DNA from: an uncultured Chloroflexia bacterium
Lineage (GTDB): Bacteria > Chloroflexota > Limnocylindria > Limnocylindrales > CSP1-4
Direction: 5' to 3'
DNA length: 64,000 nt
NCBI GenBank assembly: GCA_963813535.1
Contig: CAWEZH010000002.1
Location: 608,001-672,000, forward strand
The notes beneath the pieces were generated by a model. It was not told where the DNA came from. It did not search any database and was given only the letters and a program-made list of their open reading frames with translations. Below, piece after piece: positions 19,847-29,353 of this stretch. The number at the start of each line of letters is the position of its first letter. Within the stretch, counting starts at the first letter, position 1. The translations under genes and the position numbers were made by a program.

Positions 19847-21041
19847 CGGGCTGAGGCTCCGAAGCCCGGGTCCATGCCTCGCGGTACAGGGCCCGGGCCG
19901 CGAGGATCTGGCGCACACCGGCGACCTCGGGGTCGAACTGGTCCGAGCGGTACTTCGGGTCGGTGATCGACAGGCCACTGAAGTACAGGCCGACGATCCC
20001 GCCCAGGACGGCGCTGACGATCAACAACTCCTCGGACAGCGTCCGAAGCTCGTCCAGCAGGACGACCGCGATCAGATCGCGCGTCGGGCCGCCGACCCAG
20101 CCCACCTGTACCGACGCGGGGATCGCGATGAGGGCGAACACGACGAGGAAGGCCATCACGACGAAGCCGACAGCGGCGGCCTGCAGCAGCTGCGGGATGA
20201 CCACGAGCAGCGTGACATTGCTCCGCTGGAGCCAGGTGAGACGAGGGGCGGGGACGGCGTCGCTGCCACTCGTCGCGATCAAGGGCTCGGCGGGGGTGTC
20301 GGCGGCATCGGCCAGGACGCCATCGACGTCGGTCCGGCTCTCGATGCGCGCGAGTTCGCGACGAAACGAGATGACGACCAGCAATGACGCCACGAAGAGG
20401 AGCAGGAGGAGGATGAGGCCGAGTTCCATCCAGCTCATGACGTGGGCGGCTTCCCACATCTCGGTCGCGAACAGGAGGAACACGACAAGGATCAGGAGCA
20501 CCGGCAACGTCCGCGCGACCAGCTCGACGATATGCGTCAACTCGAGCCACAGGCGTTCGATCGCCCACGCACCGATCTCGATCAGCCCGAAGCCGATGAT
20601 CACGTAGATCACGCCAACGCCCGTCAATGCGCCGAGGAACGCCCGGATCGCCTCGCCGGCATCAGCGTCGATGACGGCCGCAGGGAGGGCGGGCAGGAGG
20701 GCGATCGCGCCGATGTCGATGTAGTCGAAGGTCGAAGGCCGCAGCCGGGCGGGTCGGCCGCGCAGACGACTGAAGACGACCCAGGCCAGCGCCATCCACG
20801 CGATCGTCACCGCGATGCCGCCAAGGTTCATGCCGAGCGGCCAATCAGGTCGGGTGCCCCAGTCACGGACGGTGCCGACGATCAGCCAGATTGAGATGAG
20901 CGGCGCCGCGCGGGAATCCATCGCCGATTCGGAGCTGTAGCCCTCGATGAGCTGCGGCACGCCGCGCCGGGCGAACCACCGCTCGATGTCACGGCGGAGG
21001 TCCGGGGTGAGCGTCACGGACCCAGGGGCGGGGAGCGCCAT
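19833..21041 (-). CDS. Conserved hypothetical multi-TM membrane protein
   Basis: ERWFARRGVPQLIEGY N-terminus; several TM helices; TACGCT -10 lies 7 nt upstream of the ATG. Confidence 0.7.
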   Translation of the reverse strand: MALPAPGSVTLTPDLRRDIERWFARRGVPQLIEGYSSESAMDSRAAPLISIWLIVGTVRDWGTRPDWPLGMNLGGIAVTIAWMALAWVVFSRLRGRPARLRPSTFDYIDIGAIALLPALPAAVIDADAGEAIRAFLGALTGVGVIYVIIGFGLIEIGAWAIERLWLELTHIVELVARTLPVLLILVVFLLFATEMWEAAHVMSWMELGLILLLLLFVASLLVVISFRRELARIESRTDVDGVLADAADTPAEPLIATSGSDAVPAPRLTWLQRSNVTLLVVIPQLLQAAAVGFVVMAFLVVFALIAIPASVQVGWVGGPTRDLIAVVLLDELRTLSEELLIVSAVLGGIVGLYFSGLSITDPKYRSDQFDPEVAGVRQILAARALYREAWTRASEPQPVTEP

Positions 21042-21107
21042 GAGCACGAGCGTACCGGACCTGTGCCATCACGGATCCCCCTTGTCGCCGCGGCGTAGAG
21101 TGCCGGC

Positions 21108-21773
21108 GTGAACGCCGCCGAGTCAGACCTGCGCGTCGTCATCGCCGATGACTCGGCGCTCCTTCGGGAGGGGATCGCGCGGCTGATCGAGGAATCGGGT
21201 GGGACCGTCGTCGCCAAGGTCGCCGATGGCGACGCGTTCGTGGCGGCCGTCATCGAGCATCGACCCGATGTCTCGGTGGTCGATGTACGGATGCCACCCA
21301 CCCAGCGTGACGAAGGCCTGCGTGCCGCCATCGAGGCCCGCCGGCGCGTGCCCGGGACGCCGATCCTGGTGCTCAGCCAGTACGTGGAGCGGCAGTACGC
21401 GACCGAGCTACTCGCCGACCGCGGTGGTGGTGTCGGCTACCTGCTCAAGGACCGAGTCGGCGACATCCCGGAGTTCATGGATGCGCTGCGACGCGTCGCG
21501 CGCGGCGGCACGGCACTCGACTCGGAGGTCGTCGCCCAGCTGATGGTCCGCAACAAGCCCGACGACCCGCTGGCGGCGCTGACGCCGCGCGAGCGGGAGG
21601 TGCTGGCCGCCATGGCCGAAGGTCGTACCAACGTCGGCATCGCGAGGCTTCTCACCATCACCGAAGGCGCGACCGAGAAGCACATCAGCAACATCTTCGG
21701 CAAGCTCGAGCTGCCCCAGACGGAGGGCGATCACCGCCGGGTGCTCGCGGTGCTGACCTACCTGGGCTCCTAG
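21108..21773 (+). CDS. NarL/LuxR-family response regulator
   Basis: IADD, DVRMPP, GYLLKDRV, LTPREREVL HTH. Confidence 0.95.
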   Translation: MNAAESDLRVVIADDSALLREGIARLIEESGGTVVAKVADGDAFVAAVIEHRPDVSVVDVRMPPTQRDEGLRAAIEARRRVPGTPILVLSQYVERQYATELLADRGGGVGYLLKDRVGDIPEFMDALRRVARGGTALDSEVVAQLMVRNKPDDPLAALTPREREVLAAMAEGRTNVGIARLLTITEGATEKHISNIFGKLELPQTEGDHRRVLAVLTYLGS

Positions 21774-23131
21774 ACAGGTGCCTCGACCGGGGCCGGGAAC
21801 ACGGCCCGCACGAGGGTCGGGCCGCCGCGCGGACTCGACACGGAAAACGCGCCGTCGACACCCGCGACACGGCTCGCCAGACCCGCCAGACCGCCACCAG
21901 GCTCGATGGCGGCGCCGCCGGTCCCGTCGTCCCAGATCTCGACGACCAGCTGCGCTCCCTCGCGACGGCAGCGGACCTCGCAGCGCGCCGCCCCACTGTG
22001 CTTGGCGACATTCGCGAGCGCCTCGGACGCGACGAAGTACGCAGCACGCTCGACAGCGGGAGGCAGACGCTCACCAGGCGCGAGCTCGCTGATCACCGCC
22101 GTCCGGATCCCGCCGAGGCTCGTGATCGACTCGATGGCGGGAACCAGGCCCCGGTCCAATAGGATGGCCGGCGCGATCCCGCGCACCAGCTGGCGGATCT
22201 CGGCCAGTGCCGCCCGCGCCTGCTCCTGGCCCTCGCGGACCAGCTCCTTCGCGCCCTCCGGATCGGTGTCGATGCGCTCGCTCGCAAGCCCCAGGTCGAT
22301 CGAGAGCCTGACCAGGCGCGGCTGCGCACCGTCGTGGAGATCACGCTCGATGCGACGGAGCTCGCTCGCCTCGACGTCGAGCACCGCCGATCGACTCTCC
22401 CGGAGCGTCTCGACCTGGCGCCGGAGCTCGCGGCTCTCCGACGTGCACAGCAGACCGACCACGACCTGCCGGTGCAGCGCGAGCACCAGCTGCGACAGCG
22501 AAGCGGCGACGAACAGCAGGATCACCCCGGCGACCGGCCCGAGCCACGCGAGCTCCACGATCGCGACGGGCACGCTCGGGAGCCGCTCGATCCAGAGGGG
22601 CAGGGTCAGCGATACGAGCGCCAGCGCCCATGCGATACCGACAACGAGGAACTCGATGATCGTGAGCGGGAGGTTCACCGCGACGTAGAGGACGTCGCGC
22701 CAGCGGGCCTCGTCGGCGAACTCCGCACGCAGGATGTCGAGGATGCCGCCTCGAAGCGGCCGATACGGGTGCGGGATGGGTCGGTCGACCTCGCCGACGA
22801 ATACGCGCCAGCGCTCGACCCGGGCGACGAGCCGGGATCCCTCGATGGCGAGCGCGATGAGGACCACCCCGATCCCGGCAAGCAGCACCGTCAGGCCGGT
22901 CGAGACCAGGGCGACGACGGCCGCGAAGGCGAACGTACCGACGAACAGCCCGATGATGATCGCGCCGTTGGCGTACCAGGTGGTCGGGTGGATCGGCGAG
23001 AGCAGGAACGCCCGAAGCGGAGAACGAGCGATCCCCGGTCGAGCGAAGCTCGCTCCACCGGGGATGCGGGCCGAGGCGAGCCCGGCCAGGATCAGCAGCA
23101 GCCCTGTCACCAGGACGACTGCCTCGATCAC
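21770..23131 (-). CDS. HisKA_3 sensor histidine kinase
   Basis: RRIERDLHDGAQ, EALANVAKHS, DDGTGGA, GLAGL; N-terminal TM sensor; GTGA overlap with the upstream gene. Confidence 0.9.
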   Translation of the reverse strand: MIEAVVLVTGLLLILAGLASARIPGGASFARPGIARSPLRAFLLSPIHPTTWYANGAIIIGLFVGTFAFAAVVALVSTGLTVLLAGIGVVLIALAIEGSRLVARVERWRVFVGEVDRPIPHPYRPLRGGILDILRAEFADEARWRDVLYVAVNLPLTIIEFLVVGIAWALALVSLTLPLWIERLPSVPVAIVELAWLGPVAGVILLFVAASLSQLVLALHRQVVVGLLCTSESRELRRQVETLRESRSAVLDVEASELRRIERDLHDGAQPRLVRLSIDLGLASERIDTDPEGAKELVREGQEQARAALAEIRQLVRGIAPAILLDRGLVPAIESITSLGGIRTAVISELAPGERLPPAVERAAYFVASEALANVAKHSGAARCEVRCRREGAQLVVEIWDDGTGGAAIEPGGGLAGLASRVAGVDGAFSVSSPRGGPTLVRAVFPAPVEAPV

Positions 23132-23598
23132 GTGCCGGTCAAGTCGGTCGACTCCACCGGATCGGTCGTCTCGCGGCGCATCGCGCCGACGACCAGCAGG
23201 GCCCCGATCCCGACGATGAACGCCGGGGCGAGGTAGCGCCACGAGTCCTGCCACGAGGGCAGGAAGGCGTCGAGGAGCGCGAGGCCCCCGAACAGGATCA
23301 ACGCGACCCCGAAGAACGTCGCGAGTCGACCCGTCCCCTCGCCACGAGCGGCGTGACGGTGGCCCTCAGGCAGGGCGGCAAGTTGGGTGGCTTCCATGTC
23401 GGTCAGGGGTTCGATCGGCACGATGATCGCCATGACGAGGTACAGCAGGATGCTGAGACCGCCGGTGACGAAGATCGATACGAACCAGAGCAGCCGGACG
23501 ATGGTCGGGTCAGCGTCGAAGTACTCGGCCATGCCGGCCGAGACTCCGGCAAGACGTCGGTCATGACGGCAACGATAGAGACGGCGATTCACCTGCAT
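23128..23598 (-). CDS. PspC-domain membrane protein
   Basis: RLYRCRHDRRLAGVSAGMAEYFDADPTIVRL..YLVMAIIVP plus a second TM pair. Confidence 0.85.
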   Translation of the reverse strand: MQVNRRLYRCRHDRRLAGVSAGMAEYFDADPTIVRLLWFVSIFVTGGLSILLYLVMAIIVPIEPLTDMEATQLAALPEGHRHAARGEGTGRLATFFGVALILFGGLALLDAFLPSWQDSWRYLAPAFIVGIGALLVVGAMRRETTDPVESTDLTGT

Positions 23599-23969
23599 CC
23601 TCCCATCGGATCGATCTGGACGTTGCCGAAGTCGATGTGGACGTCGGCCTCGTCGCAGTAGTGGTAGCGGTCATAGGCGGCCTCGAGCGCGTCCCACGCC
23701 CCGCGCTCTGTGGCCAGGCGCGGCGCGGTGACCAGGGCCCCGCCGAGGATGAGCCCGGGTAGAGCGGCGGCGAGCAAGCCCGTCGCCAGGCTGGCTTGGG
23801 TCCGGCGCAGCGCGATCCCCAGACCGATGGCGATGACCGCCAGGGGCCAGAGACGCAGGGCGTCGGTCAGCGCGGCCGTCGTGAGCTGCCCAAGGTCGGC
23901 GAGCGCGATCGCGGCGCCGATGGCCAGCAGGAACACGCCCGTGTAGAGGAGCGTGCGGTTGAGCCGCAT
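23589..23969 (-). CDS. LiaF/DUF5668-like membrane protein
   Basis: GVFLLAIG..LWPLAVIAIGLGI signature. Confidence 0.6.
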   Translation of the reverse strand: MRLNRTLLYTGVFLLAIGAAIALADLGQLTTAALTDALRLWPLAVIAIGLGIALRRTQASLATGLLAAALPGLILGGALVTAPRLATERGAWDALEAAYDRYHYCDEADVHIDFGNVQIDPMGGCR

Positions 23970-24127
23970 CGGGTATCCCTTCCCTCCTGTATCCGAGGCA
24001 CGTTGCCGGTCATCCGTCGATCACGTTCGTGCCTGTCGTCACTGTGCGTGGAGGGGAGTCGTGCGCCCAGCCGGGCACCCGGCGTCTGTCGCAGTAGGGA
24101 TAACCCCCGTCCCCGGCCGGCCGGACC

Positions 24128-24499
24128 TCAGACGTGCTGGTCGACGATGATCGGATTGCCGTCGGGATCGACGATGACGAAGCTGCCGGGCCCGGACCCC
24201 GTCTCATCGACCTCGGCGACGAACTCCACATCCTGGGACTTGAGCCGGCGCTGGAGCTCGCGGACATCGGTGAACGACCCGACGGCGCTGGCGTCCTGAT
24301 CCCAGCCGGGATTGAAGGTCAGGGAGTTCCGTTCGAACATGCCCTGGAAGAGGCCGATGATGTGGTCGCCATTCTTGAGGATCAGCCAGCCCTGCGCGGG
24401 GTCGCCGCCCATCGGTTCGAACCCGAGCCGCTCGTAAAAGCGTCGCGACGCCTCCAGATCCTTGACGGACAGGCTGACGGAGAATGCGCCGAGGTCCAT
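24128..24499 (-). CDS. VOC/glyoxalase family protein
   Basis: GAFSVSLSVKDLEASRRFYERLGF..DPDGNPI. Confidence 0.9.
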   Translation of the reverse strand: MDLGAFSVSLSVKDLEASRRFYERLGFEPMGGDPAQGWLILKNGDHIIGLFQGMFERNSLTFNPGWDQDASAVGSFTDVRELQRRLKSQDVEFVAEVDETGSGPGSFVIVDPDGNPIIVDQHV

Positions 24500-24679
24500 C
24501 GTTCCCTCCATCGGTCGGCGATCGAGCCGCCCAGCCAGTCTATCGAAGGGGCGTCACCAGCTGGACGACGGTGTGCCCACGTTCCGAGTCATGACGTGTG
24601 CACCGGTTGGCGCCGTGTGGGGGTCCCGGTTCACGCTCGCCCCGAGGGGTCCATATGCGACCCGATGGAGGGCCGGAAC

Positions 24680-25672
24680 ATGGCTTCCAAGTACAGCTTC
24701 CTCGTCATCAAGTATCCGAAGCGCGAGACGGCGGACACGGCGCTCGGCGTGCTCAAGCAGCTCGGCCGCGAGGACGTCGTGAAGCTCCGGGATGCGGTCG
24801 CCATCACCAAGACCGACAAGGGCAAGATCAAGCTCCACCAGACGAAGGACGACTCGGTCGGCAAGGGCTTTGTGAAGGGTGGCTTCATCGGCATCCTGTT
24901 CGCCGCCCTGTTCGGCCCGGTGGGCTGGATCGCGCTCGGCGCGGCGGCCGGCGGGGTCTTCGCGGGCTTCGACCGAGGCATCAAGAACAAGCTGCTCAAG
25001 GAGTTGGGTCAGGACATGACTCCGGACGAGTCGGCGATCGCCATCCTCGTGGAAGAGGCCGATTGGCAGACGGCGTTCGAGCGCATGCGGGCGCAGGGGT
25101 TCGGCGGCCAGCTCGTCATCTCGGAGATCGTCGCCGAGGACCTGGCGGAGGTCGAGAAGCTGCTCGAGGACCCGAAGACCGTCGAATCCGTACCCGAAGA
25201 ACTGGAGCTCCCGGCTCCGGCAGAGCCGGCGGCTGTCGGCGTCGCCGCGGTCGGATCTGCGGCCGCCATGCGGGTCGTGGAGATCGAGGGCATCGGGTCA
25301 TCCAACGCCGAGAAGCTCGTTGCGATCGGCATCAAGACCACGGACGACCTGCTGATGGCCGGAGCGAAGCCGAGCGGACGCGAGCACGTGGCCAAGACGA
25401 CGGGCATCAGCGGCGACCTGATCCTCGGCTGGGTCAACGACGCTGACCTGATGCGGATCCCCGGTGTCGGCCCGGAGTACAGCGACCTGCTCGAGGCGGC
25501 GGGTGTCGATTTCCCGGCAGAGCTCGCCCTCCGGAACCCGAAGAACCTCGAGATCACCGTCCAGGAGGTCGTCGCGGCGCGACCGGGCATCGTCCGCCGG
25601 ATCCCGGGTGAGGCCGAGATCACCGCGTGGATCGAGGAGGCAGGCAAGCTCGAGAAGGTCGTCGAACACTGA
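24680..25672 (+). CDS. DUF1269-like membrane domain fused to a DUF4332-like helix-hairpin-helix domain
   Basis: DAVAITK..KIKLHQ plus Gly-zipper; C-terminal IEGIG..ADLMRIPGVGPEYSDLLEAAGVD..ELALRNP. Confidence 0.75.
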   Translation: MASKYSFLVIKYPKRETADTALGVLKQLGREDVVKLRDAVAITKTDKGKIKLHQTKDDSVGKGFVKGGFIGILFAALFGPVGWIALGAAAGGVFAGFDRGIKNKLLKELGQDMTPDESAIAILVEEADWQTAFERMRAQGFGGQLVISEIVAEDLAEVEKLLEDPKTVESVPEELELPAPAEPAAVGVAAVGSAAAMRVVEIEGIGSSNAEKLVAIGIKTTDDLLMAGAKPSGREHVAKTTGISGDLILGWVNDADLMRIPGVGPEYSDLLEAAGVDFPAELALRNPKNLEITVQEVVAARPGIVRRIPGEAEITAWIEEAGKLEKVVEH

Positions 25673-25682
25673 GCACGGATGG

Positions 25683-25711
25683 CGATGGCGTCCGGCTGCC
25701 GGACGCCATCG
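25683..25711. terminator. 13-bp hairpin between convergent genes
   Basis: CGATGGCGTCCGG-ctg-CCGGACGCCATCG. Confidence 0.6.
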
Positions 25712-25747
25712 TTCGTCGTCGTTGCTCGTTGTCGATCCGCGTCGCCG

Positions 25748-27175
25748 CTACCCCAGGACGGCCCAGCGGTAGGTCAGTCGTACCTTTGCGACGTCGAAGG
25801 ACCGGGCCCCGCCGGCGTACGGCACGCTGACGAGTCCCCACGCCGTGCGCCGATCGAGGTGCTGCGCCGAGCTGGCACCGATCGACCACCAGCGGTAGGA
25901 CGGCCCCATCAGCTTCTGGTCGTAACAGTCGACGCCTAGCGGCGGGCAGTACGTGCGATTCCACAGGCCTTCAGCGACCTTCGTGCCGTTCGGTGATCGG
26001 CCGAGGACCTTGAAGGTGATCGTGTTGCCGTAGCGCAGGGCGGCCTTGACCGTGAAGCGGTAGGCGACGGCCACGCCGGCACGCCCGGAGTTCAGCCGCA
26101 CGCCGCGGTAGTACGCCGATCGCGACGGGCTGATGGTGCCATTGCCTGGGTCGGCGGCAGCACGGATCTGCGAGCCGTACAACGTGATCGACGAGGTCGT
26201 CCAGCGCAGGCGCTTGTGCGAGATGGCGACCCTGAACGTGGCGGTCTTGACGTTGGCTGCGTCGTCGGTGATCCGTTGGACGATCCGGTAGGTGCCCGCC
26301 TTGAGGATCGCTCCGGCCGCGTTTCGACCATTCCAGCTGTAGGTGTACGCGCCGACCCCGCGGTGGCCCAGGTCGAAGGTCCGGAACAGGACGTTGGACG
26401 GCGTGTAGACGCGGATCACGACCGATGCAGGCTCGCGAAGCGTGCCGCGGAGGGCATTCGTGTCGCGGTAGGTGTCCCGGAAGGGATAGAAGGTCGCGTA
26501 CTGGACACCAGCCATCGCATCGACACCCGAATCGGGCTGGATCGTCTGGGTGAGTCCGTCCTCTGACGGACCGTAGTCCCCGTGGCCCGTGTACGTGGCC
26601 GTCAACGCATGGCTTCCGGCATCGAGGAGCCCGGTGAACGCAACCGACGTGTCCCCGGGCGCGACGGAACCTGTCGCGATGGTCGATCCATCGAATGCAT
26701 CGGCGATCGTCACGGTCCCGCCGGTCACCGACGACGGCGATACGGTCGCGGTGATCGTGACCGATTGCGTCGACAGCGCCGGGTTCCTGTTCGATGTGAG
26801 CGAGGTCTGCGTCGGGATGCCGACCTGGACGGTCTTGGCCGCGCTCTCACTGGCTTCCCAGTCGGCGAACGCGCCGAAACTGGCCTTCACGGTATGTGAC
26901 CCGGCGGACAGCGACAGCTCCGTCGACGCGTCACCGTTCGAGTCGAGCGGCGCTGGCAGTCCGCCACCGCCGTCGACGATGAACGAGACGGCGGGAATGA
27001 ACCCGCCGGTCGGTTGTGGCGCCGGCGTGACGTGCGCGCTGACCGTGAACGAGCCGTACTGCGTGCCCGACGGCACATCCAGCGTCGTGGTCGTGGCCGT
27101 GGCGGCCCGCGCCGCGATCGGCGTGGCGAGCGTCGCTACGAGCGCGACGACGAGGACGAACGTGGCGTGTCTCAT
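25748..27175 (-). CDS. Secreted protein with Ig-like (Big_3) repeats and a FlgD-type Ig domain
   Basis: Signal peptide; TQTSLTSNRNP..VTITATV..GSHALTATYTG; YSWNGRNAAG..GTY. Confidence 0.75.
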   Translation of the reverse strand: MRHATFVLVVALVATLATPIAARAATATTTTLDVPSGTQYGSFTVSAHVTPAPQPTGGFIPAVSFIVDGGGGLPAPLDSNGDASTELSLSAGSHTVKASFGAFADWEASESAAKTVQVGIPTQTSLTSNRNPALSTQSVTITATVSPSSVTGGTVTIADAFDGSTIATGSVAPGDTSVAFTGLLDAGSHALTATYTGHGDYGPSEDGLTQTIQPDSGVDAMAGVQYATFYPFRDTYRDTNALRGTLREPASVVIRVYTPSNVLFRTFDLGHRGVGAYTYSWNGRNAAGAILKAGTYRIVQRITDDAANVKTATFRVAISHKRLRWTTSSITLYGSQIRAAADPGNGTISPSRSAYYRGVRLNSGRAGVAVAYRFTVKAALRYGNTITFKVLGRSPNGTKVAEGLWNRTYCPPLGVDCYDQKLMGPSYRWWSIGASSAQHLDRRTAWGLVSVPYAGGARSFDVAKVRLTYRWAVLG

Positions 27176-27386
27176 CAGATCCCCTCGGGCTTGGCACACG
27201 CGTGCCGGTCAGGCGCGTCTGCGCCATCCGTCCCGTCGTGCACAAGGACGACGCCCGACTTCGTCGGCTGTTACACGCCGGACGCCGCACGATACGCGGC
27301 CGGTGTCACGGAGGCGCGACAACCGGCGCTGTGATCTCGGCGCACACTGGTGACATCGCCGCAGAAGACATTTCGACGAGGGGATC

Positions 27387-29067
27387 GTGAGCCCACGACG
27401 GCTGGCCGGCGTCCTGGCAAGCCTGCGGCGCAATGGCGCCCTCGGGCGGGTCCAGGTCGCGTTCCTCCTCGCGACGATGGTCGAGTGGGCAGCGTGGCTG
27501 TCGCTCGTGGTGTTCGCGTTCGAACGCGGCGGCGCGACGGAAGCCGGGGTCATCGGGTTCGCGGTCGCCGTCCCGGCGATCGTCGTTGCACCTACGGCCG
27601 CGATCCTGGGTGACCGATTCCCGCGGTCGCGCGTCATGCTCGGGGCGTACCTCGCCCAGGCCGTGGCGTTCGTCGCGACCGCGCTGGCGTTCGTGCTCGG
27701 CGCCGCGCTCGTGGGCTATGCGTTGGGCATCGTCGCGATGGCGCTGATCGCGCTCGTTCGGCCGTTGCTTGCATCGCTCCTCCCGGAAGTCGCCGAAACG
27801 CCCGAGGAGCTCACGGCCGGGAACGTCGCCACCGGGCTGGGGGAGGGGCTCGGCGCCCTGGGTGGCTCGCTGGCCGCCGGGGTCCTCTTCGCGCTGGCGG
27901 GCGTCCCGTTCGTCCTGATCGCCGGCGCCGGGGCGATGGTCGTAGCGTCGATGCTCATGCTGCCGCTGGCTCTGCGGGCTCGGTCGATCGAACGGACCTC
28001 GATCCGGTCTGCGGGTGCAGGGTTCGCCGCGACCGCGCGCAACGTCGCCCGTGAGCTGTCAGCCGGCGCCGCGACCGTGCTCGGCGATAGTCGGCTTGCG
28101 GCACTGTCAGGTCTGATGGGCGTCACCATCGGCACGCTTGGTGCCCTCAGCGTGCTCATCGTCATCGTGGCGATCGACGTCCTCGGCTTCGACCAGGATG
28201 CGACCGGGTACCTGACCGCGGTCGGCGGGCTCGGGGCGCTCCTGGGATCGCTCGTCGCCACATCGCTCGTCGGTCGTGAGCGGCTCGCTGCCCCGATGCT
28301 CGCCTCGGTGGTCGTATTCGCCGTGGCCGTCGCCGCGGTCGGGCTCGGGACGAGCCCACTGCCGGTCGTGCTCGCGCTGATCGCGACCGGGATCGGCTGG
28401 TCGGTGGCCTACGTCGCGGCGACCTCGATGACCCAGCGGCTCGCCGGCGACGACGTCATGACCCGAGTCTTCGGCGTGAACGAGTCGCTCCAGACAGGGG
28501 CGGAGGCGATCGGCGGTCTGCTGGTCCCCATCCTCGTCGTGACGATGGGGCCGGGCGGAGCGCTGATCACGCTCGGTGTCGGGCTCATGATCGTCGCCGT
28601 GATCGCCGCCCCGACGCCTTCTCCGCGCAGATCGCGTCGATGAAGGATTCCTCCACGATCTCGCGGTCATCAGAGCCGTGCCGATGTTCGGCCCGTTATC
28701 GGGACCGGTCGTCGAGCGCCTGGCATCAGGCGCGGAGCGCATGGCGGTCGCTCCCGGCGCCGCGGTGATCCACGAGGGTGATCCGGGCGATCAGTTCTAC
28801 GTCATCGTCGAGGGCCGGGTCCGGGTCGCGGCCCGCGGCCGTGACGCTGGCGAGCTCGGCCCCGGCGGCTCGTTCGGGGAGATCGCGCTCATCCGCGATG
28901 TGCCGCGGACGGCGACGGTCCGAGCCATCGACGCGACGGTGCTTCTCGCGATCCGGCGAGAGCCATTCCTCGAAGCACTCACCGGGCAGCCACGGAGTCG
29001 AGCCGTCGCTGCCGACCTCGTCACGGAGCACCTGTCCGCCGATAGCGCCGCCGCGGCTGACAGCTGA
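27387..29067 (+). CDS. MFS transporter with C-terminal cNMP-binding domain (frameshift near 28620)
   Basis: Multi-TM ORF 27387-28643 (GDRFPRSRV) continues in another frame into GEIALIRDVPRTATV. Confidence 0.75.
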
Positions 29068-29353
29068 CGCGCTCGAGCCTCGACGATCGACGAAAACGGT
29101 CCCGAGACGCCCGCCGTCTACTTTGAACCAAATCACCTATTCGCGACGCCATACGCAGTAGAGATCCACATCGAGTCATGCGTGGCAGGCAGCTGACGCC
29201 GGCGCTGACCGACCCGAGATAGGACGTCGGTGGATCACACAGAGAGGGGAGGGACGCATGGCCGAACTCGAGCTGCGATCGAGCGCCTGACCCGAGATAT
29301 CGGCACTCGCCGCGCTCGGCGCGCCAAGGAAGCCCGGATTCGAGGACAGACGT

